IMG/VR virus record: IMGVR_UViG_3300031344_000002
Location: 124,001 to 188,000 of that record
DNA length: 64,000 nt
Reading direction: 5' to 3' (one strand)
Position 1 is the stretch's first letter. Every line of letters begins with the position of its first letter. This document shows positions 38,920 through 50,844 of this stretch, piece after piece. The position numbers and the translations under genes are program-made. The notes beneath the pieces are model-generated. The model saw only the letters and a program-made list of their open reading frames with translations. It searched no databases and had not been told where the DNA came from.

Positions 38920-39240
38920 ATGAGTGATAACTTAGAAAATAAAACTTTTTTTGAAGAATTAAAACAGCAACATATTAATGATGGTGGTAAATGTCCAGAA
39001 GCATTTGCTATTACCGAATTAATTGAAAATGCAATTCGTAATAAAAATTATAAAATTTATTGTGGTGGTGGTGGTTACGAATATAATACTGAAAACGAAA
39101 TAAAAAAATTTGATATTGTTGTTTGGTTTAGTTGGGGTGGTGACCCTCATTTTCAGGTGTGCATAGATAATTCAGAAGGTGATTCTTGTATTTTAATTAA
39201 TTTTAATGATAAGGGTGAACTTGTTCAAACAATAAAATAA
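38920..39240 (+). CDS. hypothetical protein
   Basis: ORF track. Confidence 0.5.
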   Translation: MSDNLENKTFFEELKQQHINDGGKCPEAFAITELIENAIRNKNYKIYCGGGGYEYNTENEIKKFDIVVWFSWGGDPHFQVCIDNSEGDSCILINFNDKGELVQTIK

Positions 39241-39361
39241 TTATGAAAACATTCGTTGATTTTCTTAGAGAGGATGCCCCAATTATAACATTTTTGTTTA
39301 TTATGTTATTACTTCTTATTATTATAGGATTAAATGAATTTTCTTTTAAAAAGAAATAATT

Positions 39362-39550
39362 ATGAAAACAATAACTATTTCATTTGATATTAGTGTCCGC
39401 ATTAAATGGAAATGTCCTCATTGTGGCGCAGAACAAGAAACATTATTTAGTGCTTCACCATATAGAAGTATTGCTGAAGACCCGCCTGATGAAATGTGTA
39501 AAAAGTGTGAGGAATTTGTAACACTTAATTTTTATAAAAACGAAGAATAA
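39362..39550 (+). CDS. small Zn-ribbon protein
   Basis: CPHC...CKKC. Confidence 0.55.
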   Translation: MKTITISFDISVRIKWKCPHCGAEQETLFSASPYRSIAEDPPDEMCKKCEEFVTLNFYKNEE

Positions 39551-39568
39551 ATTTTAAAAATTAAATAT

Positions 39569-39697
39569 ATGTTCGAACTATTATTGGGTCATCTTTGTGG
39601 TGATTTTCTTTTTCAGACGGAAAATATGGCTTTAAACAAAAGTAAAAATACTTTTAAGGGTTGGTATTATGCCATAATTCATTGCCTAACTTATTAG
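39569..39697 (+). pseudogene. truncated DUF3307-like membrane protein
   Basis: MFELLLGHLCGDFLFQT..MA..K...HCLTY* stops at the junction with the IS remnant. Confidence 0.6.
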
Positions 39698-39752
39698 GAG
39701 TGATGACTTACGAAGCTCATCCCATCGCCTTTGGCGTGGGTGGGTAGTTCAC
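39682..39752 (+). mobile_element. remnant right end of an IS200/IS605-type tnpB element
   Basis: GC-rich hairpin CCCATCGCC-TTT-GGCGTGGG followed by TAGTTCAC; encodes LPNLLGVMTYEAHPIAFGVGG*, like TnpB C-termini as I recall them. Confidence 0.65.
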
Positions 39753-39785
39753 TTTGTAACACATTATGTATAATATAATTAAATT

Positions 39786-40307
39786 ATGAGAGAAGGTATT
39801 TCTAAACACTTAGCATTGATATGTATTAATTATTATGAAATTAGTGATAATTTCATTTATAAATTAAGAGAATCACATCCAAATCCACAACAAGCATTTG
39901 ATTATCTTCCCAAGTATACAATTAATACTAACGAAAAAGGTAATAATCAAATTATTGAAGCAGAATATTTTTTACAATTTGCTGGTTGTTTTGAAAACAC
40001 AAATGAAAATCCAAAATATTTGATGTTTGATATTGAAACATTGGATGCCACACTTAATCAAGAAATAAGTGATGCAGGTATTGATGAGGTTTTTAAAAAC
40101 ATTGATTTTAAAAACATATTATCTGTTTTTAAACCACAAACCGAAGAAGATGAAATGAGTTTTGTATTTCCAAATTCAAATTATTTAACTTTTGAAATAT
40201 CATATGACACTTCATATAATAATGAAAATGGATATGATTGTGAAGTGTATTATAAATTTATAGGTTATCTTGACGATATTATGAATGTGGTTTATTTTAA
40301 AGAATAA
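39786..40307 (+). CDS. hypothetical protein
   Basis: ORF track. Confidence 0.55.
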   Translation: MREGISKHLALICINYYEISDNFIYKLRESHPNPQQAFDYLPKYTINTNEKGNNQIIEAEYFLQFAGCFENTNENPKYLMFDIETLDATLNQEISDAGIDEVFKNIDFKNILSVFKPQTEEDEMSFVFPNSNYLTFEISYDTSYNNENGYDCEVYYKFIGYLDDIMNVVYFKE

Positions 40308-40373
40308 TTTTTTATTATTCTTGCATTTCTTCCGAAAATCAAATATATTTGTAATTAAATTAAAATAAAAATT

Positions 40374-41101
40374 ATGAAAAAATTTGAAGTAGAAGCAACT
40401 GGTCTAGTTTCTTTATTTATAGATAATATTGAAGCCGAAAATAAAGAAATCGCCAATGGAAAAGTATTAGAATTACTTGGGTGTGAACCCAATGAATTGG
40501 GTGGTTATTCTGTTACTTTCGAAAATTTAAGACTTCCAAATGGAATTGTTTTAGATGAATTAAGTATGTGTTTTAAAACATTTGTAGTCCCAGATGATAT
40601 CGTTAAAGATTTAAATGAATGTTTTAATACTGACGAAATTGAAGAAAATGATGATGTGTCATATAATTAAAATAATAATATGAATTTAGAAATTGGCGAT
40701 AAATTAAAATGTTTAAATTCAATATATAATATTTTTCAAAAACCATTATTCATTAAGAATTATATTTATGAAGTATTAGGTGTTGATGGAGATGAAATAA
40801 CATTGAATCATATATTATATGCTAATGAATATGATAGTTATAATATAAATTTTATTTTAGAAAATTTTGAAAAACAATAATTAATATTAAATAATAAAAT
40901 AATATGGAAATCGTAAAAGTTTATTCACCAATTGAAGACAAAAACATTCAAAAGAATCTTCAAGACTCACCAATTTGGAAGAATGCCCACCACTTTGATG
41001 AACTTACAGATACACAAATGAAATATGGAAATATGTTTGAGTATACCATAAAATTTTCTGGATTGCAGCCAGTAATGGTAACTAAAGTAAAGAAACTTTA
41101 G
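40374..41101 (+). other. three small hypothetical genes (40374-40670, 40680-40880, 40904-41101)
   Basis: tandem ORFs with AT-rich leaders. Confidence 0.5.
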
Positions 41102-41130
41102 AGTATTTATATATAGTAAAATTAAATACT

Positions 41131-41880
41131 ATGTATAAAGGTGTTATTTATTGTGCAATCTCTCCATCAAATAAAAAATATTATGGACTTACTTTAAATT
41201 TTTCAAGAAGAAAAAATGGTCATAAAAGATGTGCTGAATTTAAAAAATGTCGTTTTTATATTGCAATTAAAAAATATGGTTTTGATAATTTTATTTGGAA
41301 TATAATAGAAACACATGAAAATGAAAGTAAAGGGAATCTTCAAAATATTTTAAATGAAAGAGAAAAATATTGGATTGAAAAAGATAAAACATATTATTCT
41401 GAATTTGGATATAATATGACTCGTGGAGGTAATGGTGGTGATGCATTTACAAACAAATCTAATGAAGACAAGGAAAGAATACTTTTATGTAAAAGTAATA
41501 GATTTAGTGGTAAGAATAATCCAATGTATGGAAAAAAGGTTTATGATATTTGGTTAGAAAAATATGGAAAAGAAATTGCTGATGAAAAATTAATGGAAAG
41601 AAAAAAAAGAACAAGTAATTCGCTTAAAGGAAAAAGTCATCCTTGTTCAAATGAAACAAAAGAAAAAATAAGAAAAAAACTTTTAGGACATAAAATTTCG
41701 GAAATTTGTAGACAAAAACGTTTAGGCAAAAAAAATGCTGCTGGAAAAAGAAATGATGAATTTAAATTAAAAATGAGTATATCTCATAAGGGATTACCAT
41801 CACCAAGAAAGGGATGCCATCTTACAATTGAAACAAAAAGAAAAATTAGTGAATCAAAATTAAATAAAAAGATTAATTAG
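41131..41880 (+). CDS. GIY-YIG homing endonuclease with NUMOD3-type tail
   Basis: GVIYC..SPSNKKYYG.T, EKYWI, GYNMTRGG, GKNNPMYGK, ETKEKI/ETKRKISES repeats. Confidence 0.88.
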   Translation: MYKGVIYCAISPSNKKYYGLTLNFSRRKNGHKRCAEFKKCRFYIAIKKYGFDNFIWNIIETHENESKGNLQNILNEREKYWIEKDKTYYSEFGYNMTRGGNGGDAFTNKSNEDKERILLCKSNRFSGKNNPMYGKKVYDIWLEKYGKEIADEKLMERKKRTSNSLKGKSHPCSNETKEKIRKKLLGHKISEICRQKRLGKKNAAGKRNDEFKLKMSISHKGLPSPRKGCHLTIETKRKISESKLNKKIN

Positions 41881-42169
41881 TATTTATATTGAAATAATAT
41901 GAAAATAATATTCTATATGAATGAGGGTATTGAGAATTGTAATGTTCGCAATGTATTTTCTTATTTATGGATATTCAATGTCAAAAACCACAATTGAACC
42001 AAACCGTCCTGTTTGGGGATACATATGCACATTGGTATTTTCGATATTATCTATATGGGGCGTGGTAATTTTCATGGAAAATAATAAAAAAGATGAAAAG
42101 AACAAATGAATTTGTAACAATTTTTTCTAATTTTCGTATATGAACTATTAATTAATTAAATATAATATT

Positions 42170-42996
42170 ATGAAAAATAATGAAAAATTTACACCAAGAA
42201 TTAGCATGAAAGAACGTTGGTCATTAGAAGGTATGGCTAAAACGAACAAAATGACTGTTGAAGAATTCTTAGAAAATATCAAATTTCGGGAAGAATATAA
42301 ACAGAAATGTATTAAAAGTTTCATGGATAATGGTATGAATAGAGAAGGTGCTGAACTACAAACTATGAGAATGATGTATATTTGTGGATAAATTTATAAA
42401 ATAATTATGCATAAAAATTTTTTTAAATCTAATTCTGAACGTAATTTATGGATTAAATTAAATGCTGAACGCATTATGTATTCAAATCATGTTATCAATC
42501 CTGCACTAAATGAAGATATAGGGGGTGTTGATGAAATAGATACACCAATGTATATTTCAAGCAATCAATTGGGATATGATGAAAATGAACGTAATGTTCC
42601 TCGTTTTAGTTTTGAAGAACTTCTTTTACTTTCGCCAAATGATTTATTTAAACTTGCTAATGAAAGACATGGGATTAAAACGCAAGAATTCTCTGATATG
42701 AATGGACAACAGACCAAGTAAAACCAAAATAATTAAATTAATTAATACTTAATATTATGCTAAAAAATAAAAAGAATATTCTAAAGAAAATTGAAGAATT
42801 AAAGAAAATATATGAAATTAGACATCTATATGCAGGAACTTGTGGTATTAAATTGAATTGCGATTGTTGTGGTGGTGAAACACATAATGTTGAAAATCTT
42901 TATAATAAAGATTCTGAAAAGAAAGATGGAATTAATCTTTGTTTTGATTGTTCAATATTATGGAGAAATAATATTCCAATTAATGTTGTGGTTTAA
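42170..42996 (+). other. three small hypothetical genes (42170-42391, 42407-42721, 42757-42996)
   Basis: tandem ORFs; the last has CDCC..CFDC. Confidence 0.5.
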
Positions 42997-43050
42997 AATA
43001 ATATGATTATATTTGCAGTCTTAATTTTGTTTAACTAAAAACTTGAAGTC

Positions 43051-43992
43051 ATGAAAAAAAATAACTTAGTTCCAAATAAAGGTTTATCTCTTTCACAAGC
43101 ACAGTCAATTTCTAATCTTTGTAATCAAAGAGCAAATGAAATTGCTAATCAATTATCTGCTGTAAATAATTACAGTAAATCTGTAATGGTTGAAGGTAAA
43201 TCACATGAAACAGTTAAAGGTGTTAAACTTCCTGACGATGTTATTTCATTATTACAAGAAAAAGCAAAACTTCACTCTTGTCAGGCGTTTCTCATGGAAA
43301 ACATGAAAGCAAAAGAAAATTTGCTTAGTGTTGCAAAAAAAATTGCATATACTATACCTGATGGTTTAAAAAGTATTGCTCCTGAAAGACCTAAATTCGT
43401 TACTCCTATAATTTTATCACAAGTTAATGAAGAATTTGGTTGGGAACAACTTACTGCAGCCGAATATAATGAATATCTGGAAGCTGAAGCATATGCTTCA
43501 CACCTTGGTGAATTTATTCATAAAGGTTCAATTCTTGCAGGTTTACGTAATGAAATAAATAGTATTCCTTCAGTTGAATGGATGGTTATTAAAGGCGATG
43601 GAACTAAAACTCCTGTTGAAATAAAGGTGCATCACACTCCTGAACAACTTCTTACCATTCACGAAAAACTTGCTACAATACATCGTGCCTTCGAACAAAA
43701 TGTAAATTATTATAAAGCAAAAGTTAAAAATCTTACTACTGAAGAAAATGCACGTATTGCTAAACTTAATGCTGATGCTCAAAATGATGCAGAAAAAATT
43801 AACAATGACCTGCAACTTACTTACGATACTGCAATGAAAAAAGTGAGCGAAGCAATTAATACTGCTAAAGCTGAATTTGAAAAAGACCGTCAGGTAAAAA
43901 TTAAAGAAATTGCCAGTATGCGTATTGAAATCGATTTAAGATTTCAAGAAACAATTGATTTATTTTTAAATCAACTTCCAAAACAAGAATAA
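43051..43992 (+). CDS. coiled-coil-rich hypothetical protein immediately upstream of a structured RNA
   Basis: 313 aa, helical; own TAnnTTTG box at 43008. Confidence 0.7.
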   Translation: MKKNNLVPNKGLSLSQAQSISNLCNQRANEIANQLSAVNNYSKSVMVEGKSHETVKGVKLPDDVISLLQEKAKLHSCQAFLMENMKAKENLLSVAKKIAYTIPDGLKSIAPERPKFVTPIILSQVNEEFGWEQLTAAEYNEYLEAEAYASHLGEFIHKGSILAGLRNEINSIPSVEWMVIKGDGTKTPVEIKVHHTPEQLLTIHEKLATIHRAFEQNVNYYKAKVKNLTTEENARIAKLNADAQNDAEKINNDLQLTYDTAMKKVSEAINTAKAEFEKDRQVKIKEIASMRIEIDLRFQETIDLFLNQLPKQE

Positions 43993-44003
43993 AAATTTAA
44001 GGT

Positions 44004-44326
44004 GAAAGACAGATAGAGCACAAGCCGAGTTTGTTTTTCTTTGTATCATATGATGAGTTCTTTAATATATATGAAAAATTAACAACGTTAATTAGAAAAT
44101 GTCCCTTCGGGGGCGTTTCCGACATCTGAAAGTAAAATCGCTTCCTTTGCAAAAAAACAAGTTTTCTATGGGATTTTTACAAAACCACCATGACTACTAA
44201 CTAAGTTACCTTCGGGATAATTAGAGTAGGAAAACGACTTCGCTTTTGTCCTTGCCATTGTGCAATGGAAGGTCTGTAACTTTGGCGTTAACATTGATTT
44301 TATCTATATAAATTCATCATATGGTA
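44004..44326 (+). ncRNA. candidate structured non-coding RNA (~320 nt)
   Basis: long closing stem 44044-44059/44311-44326, two C(UUCG)G hairpins, several further stems with G-U pairs. Confidence 0.65.
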
Positions 44327-44359
44327 ACTTATTTTTAAATATTAAATAATAATAATATT

Positions 44360-45825
44360 ATGGGTATTAAACACGTAAGTTGGATGCCGGGATTTAATGG
44401 TGAACCCCCCAAACCAATGTATTATACAATTGGAATTACTGAAGAAATGTCTAATGCTGATTTAATGTGGCAAATTAGATGTTGTAAAGAACCGGGAAAA
44501 GTAGAATTAATAGCAGCATTTAAAGAAAGTAAAGACGCAGTATCTTATATGACATCTGTTATATTTAAAAATAATAAAAAAGATAATGAAACAATATTAG
44601 GCGGAAGTATTGAAGGATGTTCTTATTTTATTGAATATAATTCTTCAACCGAATATATGGTATTAACAACTTAGTGGTAAAAATTATGGATAGATTAGAA
44701 CAAATCGAAAAAGAAATTGAAATACTTGAAAATAAAGTAGATGAAAAGAATAAAATTTGGGATGATAAATTCAGAAGTAAACTTTCTTGGGATGAATATC
44801 AAATGTATATGTTCAAAGAATGGAAAGCAATTGCCAAATTAGATAGAGAAAGACGAATGATAATGCCATATAAACTATCTGAATTACCAAATTATGGCGA
44901 TGTAATGTCTTTAAATGATTTTATTAAATGTGTTAAATGTGGCGGATTTATTGATTATGATGGTTTTGGCAATTATGTTAAAGATGGTAAAGAAACTGAC
45001 ATTGTAATACAGCCAAGTGATGTTAAATATAAAGCAATTAGAAAAGATTTTGATACAATAATTTGGTATAATAGATAATATTATGATAACAAAAATAAAA
45101 GAAATTATTAATAGTGCTAATGATAAAAAATCATTAATTTCTGAAAAATTTGATAATTCTAATAGGACAATTTCTAATATAGCTGAATACTATATGGATA
45201 ATTCTAATGCATTTATTGAATTACTTGGAGATTTAAATAAAATATTGGATAAAGATGAATCATATTGTACTTGTGGAAATCCAAGTAAAGAAGGTAATTG
45301 TCATTTTGAAGGTGATGAAAATTTAATATATTGTTGTGCTGATTGTGGTAAACAAGTGAAAGATAACGAAAAATTTAGTGATGATGAAAATTAAAAAAGG
45401 GGATAAATTAAAATTATTTAATTTATTAATTAGTTTTGGTTTTATTAAACATATAACTCAACATTATATAATGTTTATAAAAGATAAACAACTTTTAATT
45501 TATCCTAAAGGTAAATTAAATATTCAACATTTTGAATCAGCAAGACATCAATTAGATATGAATGGTCATATAAATAAAAGAGAATTTGCTTTAATGTTTA
45601 ATTTTTTAATTAAATGAAATTATGAAAGTAGAAACACAAGTTCACATCTATGTGATAGATGGTAAAGAAACTAAAGTAGGTGACAACAAAATTCTTAATG
45701 TTAGAAATGTTTGGAACAGAAACCAATTAGTAGAAATACAGATTGGTGAGAATGGAGAAAAGGTTGTCGTTCATGAAGTTGATTTAATTAAGGCAATTAG
45801 TAATGCAACAGGTAATGAACGATAG
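44360..45825 (+). other. run of small hypothetical genes (44360-44674, 44674-45078, 45083-45394, 45378-45617, 45622-45825)
   Basis: tandem ORFs. Confidence 0.5.
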
Positions 45826-45850
45826 ATATAAATAATTTAATAAATAAATT

Positions 45851-46405
45851 ATGATATTTGAAATAATTCCAAATCAGCAAACTCCATGTATATTCGAACT
45901 TGTTCATGATTTCGAAGCCAATAAAGAAATATTTAATACATTTCTCGAATTTGCTTCTAATCATCGCAATGCGGTTGGACTAGCAGCAAATCAATGTAGT
46001 ATTGATGGAGAAAGATTTATGCAAAATGTCTTTGCTCTTAGAAATTTAAAAATCAATACTTGGAAATTAATTATTAATCCAAAAATCGATTTATATTTTG
46101 GAATGGTTGAACCCAAACTTGAAGGTTGTCTTACTTGGGTAGGCAAATCTATTCTTGCTGATAGATTGCGTGCGGTTAAAGTTAGTTATGATGATATTGA
46201 TGGTAATCATTATACTAATCAAATTTATGGTGGTTTTGAAGCTCAAATCTGGCAACATGAGATTAATCATCTTAATGGTATTGAAGAAAATGTTGTCGAT
46301 TATAATTATAAATTACCACCAATAAAAAAGATTGAAAGAAATGATAAATGTCCTTGTCTTTCAGGTAAAAAATATAAAAACTGTTGTTTAATATTTGAAA
46401 GTTAA
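45851..46405 (+). CDS. def: peptide deformylase with C-terminal SEC-C motif
   Basis: GLAANQ, EGCL, QHEINHLNG; ERNDKCPCLSGKKYKNCC. Confidence 0.92.
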   Translation: MIFEIIPNQQTPCIFELVHDFEANKEIFNTFLEFASNHRNAVGLAANQCSIDGERFMQNVFALRNLKINTWKLIINPKIDLYFGMVEPKLEGCLTWVGKSILADRLRAVKVSYDDIDGNHYTNQIYGGFEAQIWQHEINHLNGIEENVVDYNYKLPPIKKIERNDKCPCLSGKKYKNCCLIFES

Positions 46406-46416
46406 AACAATTTATA

Positions 46417-49400
46417 ATGAGAAAACATACTATATTGATACAATATTTACGTAAATTGGGATTTATTATTGATATGCAACCAGATGAAACTGTTTGTACA
46501 CATGGAAATAATATAATTGTATTTAAACGTGGTAAATTAAGTGAACCGCATTATCAGGTAATTAAAACGCAATTGATGTATCAAGGTTATAAAATTCCTG
46601 ATTATGATTCATTATTTCTTACAGCAAAAAAATATAATAAATTCGTTTATGTTACGGTTGACCCCTTATTAGAAGAAGTGATTTGTGTTCATGCTAAACC
46701 AAATAAACTATGCTCTATATGTAATGACACATATTTTACCAGAATAAAAGAAGATTCATTTTATCTACTATATGAAAAAAAAATGTTAATTAGAACAAAT
46801 TTAATTATATTATGATAACAAAATTTGAATTAAACGAAAATGAGGCTAAAGCAGCAGAAGAATTTATTGCTAAATTGCCTAAGAAATATAAAAAAATGTC
46901 ACAAGAATTAATTATTACTTCTGGTGGTGGTATTGGTATTGGCGTAACAATTAGAGTTGGAGATAGAGAAAAAGATATAACTGATTATAATGCTTGGTAA
47001 TATGAAAAAACAAATAACAATTGATTTGGATTTAACTGAAGAACAAATATTAGAATTTATTTCAAATGAGTCAACAAATAATTATTCAATGTTTAAGATA
47101 GCGGATAAAGCATTGAGTGAAGTTAGTTGGCATAATAATATGCCCAAATCAAGTAAATTATACTATATCGCAATGTTACAAAAACACATCAATGCATTTT
47201 TAAAAGATATTGATTATAATAATGATTTAAATGTGTTATGATTTTGTAACATTTTTCATTAAATTTCGTATTAATGCTCATGATGATACCAAAAGAACAT
47301 ATTGAAAAGCAAAAGGAATTTGTAATGACTCTTCAAGATAGTAAATATCTTCATTATCGAGATATTTACAAAAATATTGATAAATACAATTTTCAAATTT
47401 GTACTAAAGTGGATTTTAAAGCTGTAGGAAATTCTTGCGGTGATATTTTTGAAACATGGGATAAGCTAAAACAAGCAAGTAAAATCACATATGAAGCCAA
47501 TACCAAATCAGGTAGTAGGTATTTTATTGATGAATACAATAATGTATATCGACTTTCAAATCATTGGGGTGCAGTTGCAACTTGTGAATGGACACGAGAA
47601 GGTAAAGGTCAATTAAGTATGTCTATTTTTGAAACAGGTGAATGGGAAATTGGTGTTGCTAATCTTAAAGATTTTAAAATATTTAGAAGAAAACAAGATA
47701 GAAATATAGATTTTATAATTAATCCTAAGTGGCTTAATCAAATGAAAGAAGTAATTCAACTAAAAAAGGAATTATTTAAATTAAAATCTTTACCAGAATT
47801 TAAAGAACTTCCTGTTGAAGATAAAATATTAATTGGAACTTCTTATCATTTTTTTAATAAAGAATTGGGTGGAATTGAAAAAAGAAAATGATAAAACAAA
47901 AAGAATTTATATTGTGTGCAGCTATTGATTATAATGGAACAATTATTTGTGGGCATAGACATAGTGATTGTTATTTTGTTTTAAAAGAATTAATAACGAA
48001 TCCAGTCTTACCACCTAGAGAAAAACAAGGTTTTCTTACTTCGAAAAATCGTTTTGTCAATAGAAGTGAAGCATGGAAAATAGCTAAAGAAAATAATCAA
48101 ATAAAATATGGTTATGATGCAAGTGAAAATGATGAAGATTCAATACTTATTTCTGAAAATTTATACTAAAATTTAATGTATGGGATGGCGACTTGAAATA
48201 AAAGATGAAAAATATCGTATCTATAGTACAGTAGTTGACGATTATATTTCTAATTATATGAATAAGAATGAATTAATTAGATTTTTATTTTGGCATAGAT
48301 TTGAAGAATTAATGAGAAAAATGTTAGAAGATATAATCATTTTTCCAAACAATTGGATAGATAAAGAAACTGAAAAATATTTAAATTGTGATGAAGAAAA
48401 ACGTAATGAATTCTTTACGATGCTAAATGATAGAAAAAAGGTATTTGAACAGTTTTTCACTAAAATAAAAGACGTGGGAATTGATATTTCGTTAAGTGAT
48501 ATTGATGGCGTTGATATACATACTAAAAAGTTAATATAACTTAATTGTTGTAACATTTTTAATTAATATTCGTATAATCATTTGTTATTAGTATTCACTA
48601 AAAAAGAAAGAAGATGAAAAAATTATTTAAAATCACAGTCTTATTAGTTGTTTTAGGAATTTTTGCATTCAGTTCAAATCCTATAATTACTAAGGTTAGA
48701 ACCTTTACTATTGAAAATGGCAAGAAAGCCTATGATTATTGCACTGGTTCGTTGAAAGAAAGTAAGAACGAAACTGTTAAGAAATACAGTTCAATAATTC
48801 TTTAATCTCAGAAATATGGTAAGAACTATAGAACAAATTAATGAGCAACTTGATAGAGTTGCAGAAGCCGAAAAGAATGGCGGAAAATATCATGGAATGA
48901 CCTATGAAGGAGGCGTAAAATACGCACTTGATTGGATATTAGGTAACAGTGAAGATGAACCAATGCCAAATGAAGAATAATTATGAAAAATTTAGCAGGA
49001 GATAAAGATGCAGACAAAATCGTAAGAGAAGAACTCTGGCTTGCTGACATACCAATGGAAAAAGAAATATCAAAAGGTGAAGTACCTTATAATACTATTG
49101 GTAAAATTGCTAATTGGACTTTTAGACGTGCATGGTATTATTGGATAGTCAATATACCTGATGGCGAAAAAGGTCTACCTTTAGCAATTGCAATGGAATT
49201 GCATCTGAGAAAAAATCCAACTGATGGCAATAAAATCATGGGTAATTCAATTAGATGTGGTGGTCATGCAGGTGCTCCTTCTCCTATAGAATATGGTTCT
49301 TATCCATTTTATGATGAAAAAGGTGAACCAACTATTGAACGTTATGTCAGTTCTTATCATGTTGATGACCAAATTGGTTTGAATATGTTAGCGGACGTGC

Positions 49401-50162
49401 TGAAAAAATATTATCATTTATAAATTGAAATATTATGTTAATGAATTCAGAAATACAAATAAGTAATCCAAGTGTAAATCAAATAGTATTTTTTAAACCT
49501 TGGCAGGATAAATATGATAAAAGAAGAAAAGCATATCCTGTCATAATTAATTCCGGTCATTATGAAATTGACGGTAGACTTTCAAATTTCTGGTATTGGC
49601 AAAGAATATCTCCATCAGGTAAAATTAACCCAATTGTTGAACATGGTTATGGTAATTTTACTGAAGCTACTGGATATGAAGTTAAAAGAAAAATAATAGT
49701 TATAAAATGAGCATATATTCTGATAAAAAGATGGATATTTGGTATAATGGCGATATAATACAAATACCAATAGCCAGAATACAAATACGCAGTAAAAAAG
49801 CAAAAAAAATTCTTAAAGACCCAACTAAACATTATCCAAATAAGAATGAAATGCGTTTATTGCGTAAAATAAAAGCAGAAACCGGGTTAAGTGAAGAAGA
49901 AATACGTGCAGATAAGAAGTATCGTAAAATGCTTTCAGAAGCACAAAAACAAGGTCAAAAAGGTAAAAAAACTGAACTTGAAAAGTTTTATCGGAATCTT
50001 ATTAAAGAAGCGTGTAAAAAAACTGGTTTAGTACCACAACATCCAGATACATTAGCTGCTCTCGATGAAATAATAAAAGAAAGAGGTGGTCAGGATTTTT
50101 TTAAGTATTATCATGCTTCTCTGACTACTGCAAAAAGTATTGTTAAATATTACTCAAAATGA
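46417..50162 (+). other. run of small hypothetical genes (46417, 46812, 46990, 47274, 47888, 48180, 48614, 48983, 49435, 49707)
   Basis: co-directional tandem ORFs with no recognisable motifs. Confidence 0.5.
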
Positions 50163-50183
50163 AATATTCACAACTTATAATAC

Positions 50184-50216
50184 AAACCCTGTAATTAATC
50201 ATTGCAGGGTTTTTTA
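50184..50216 (+). terminator. intrinsic terminator
   Basis: AAACCCTGTAAT-TAATC-ATTGCAGGGTTT followed by a T-tract. Confidence 0.7.
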
Positions 50217-50246
50217 TTGTCATTAAGTATTTATATTAAAATACTC

Positions 50247-50438
50247 ATGGTAGATATTAAACAAATTGTTAAAGAAGAATCTCAAAAGTTTTTAAATGAG
50301 GTTGATGTTGCTAATTTTCCTTCTTTTGGTGACCATTTACCTAGTATAAGTGAAGAAGATGAAGAACAAAATCAAGAATTAATAACAACAGTATTAAAAG
50401 AAATAAATAATTTTATTAAAAAATATAAGAAAAAATAA
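50247..50438 (+). CDS. small acidic protein, possibly late/virion-associated
   Basis: follows AGTATTTATA; IKQIVKEE..FLNE motif. Confidence 0.45.
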   Translation: MVDIKQIVKEESQKFLNEVDVANFPSFGDHLPSISEEDEEQNQELITTVLKEINNFIKKYKKK

Positions 50439-50526
50439 TTGTTATTAAATAAATTATTAGTATATTTGCCCTTGTAATAATACAAGGGTTTTTTATTTAA
50501 AATAATAAACATTAAAATTCACTAAT

Positions 50527-50811
50527 ATGAGTATGTCAACTTACATTAAAGCATTCACTCCAGATACTGACCCTGAATATCAGAAACATAAAAAACTTTG
50601 GGATATTTGTGAAGAAATGGGAGTAAGTCTTCCAAAAGAAACTGAGGAGTATTTTAAAAATTGTGATACACCCGAAGATAAACTTGAAATCGATTTAGAA
50701 AAAGATGTTCATTTTGAAGAATATGAAGATGATTCAAGTCAAGGTGTTGAAGTCGATATTACAAAACTTCCAAAAGGTGTAACAAAACTCAGATTTTATA
50801 ATAGCTGGTAA
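50527..50811 (+). CDS. hypothetical protein
   Basis: ORF track. Confidence 0.6.
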   Translation: MSMSTYIKAFTPDTDPEYQKHKKLWDICEEMGVSLPKETEEYFKNCDTPEDKLEIDLEKDVHFEEYEDDSSQGVEVDITKLPKGVTKLRFYNSW

Positions 50812-50844
50812 AAAAATAACTTTATATATAATCAATAAAAAATA

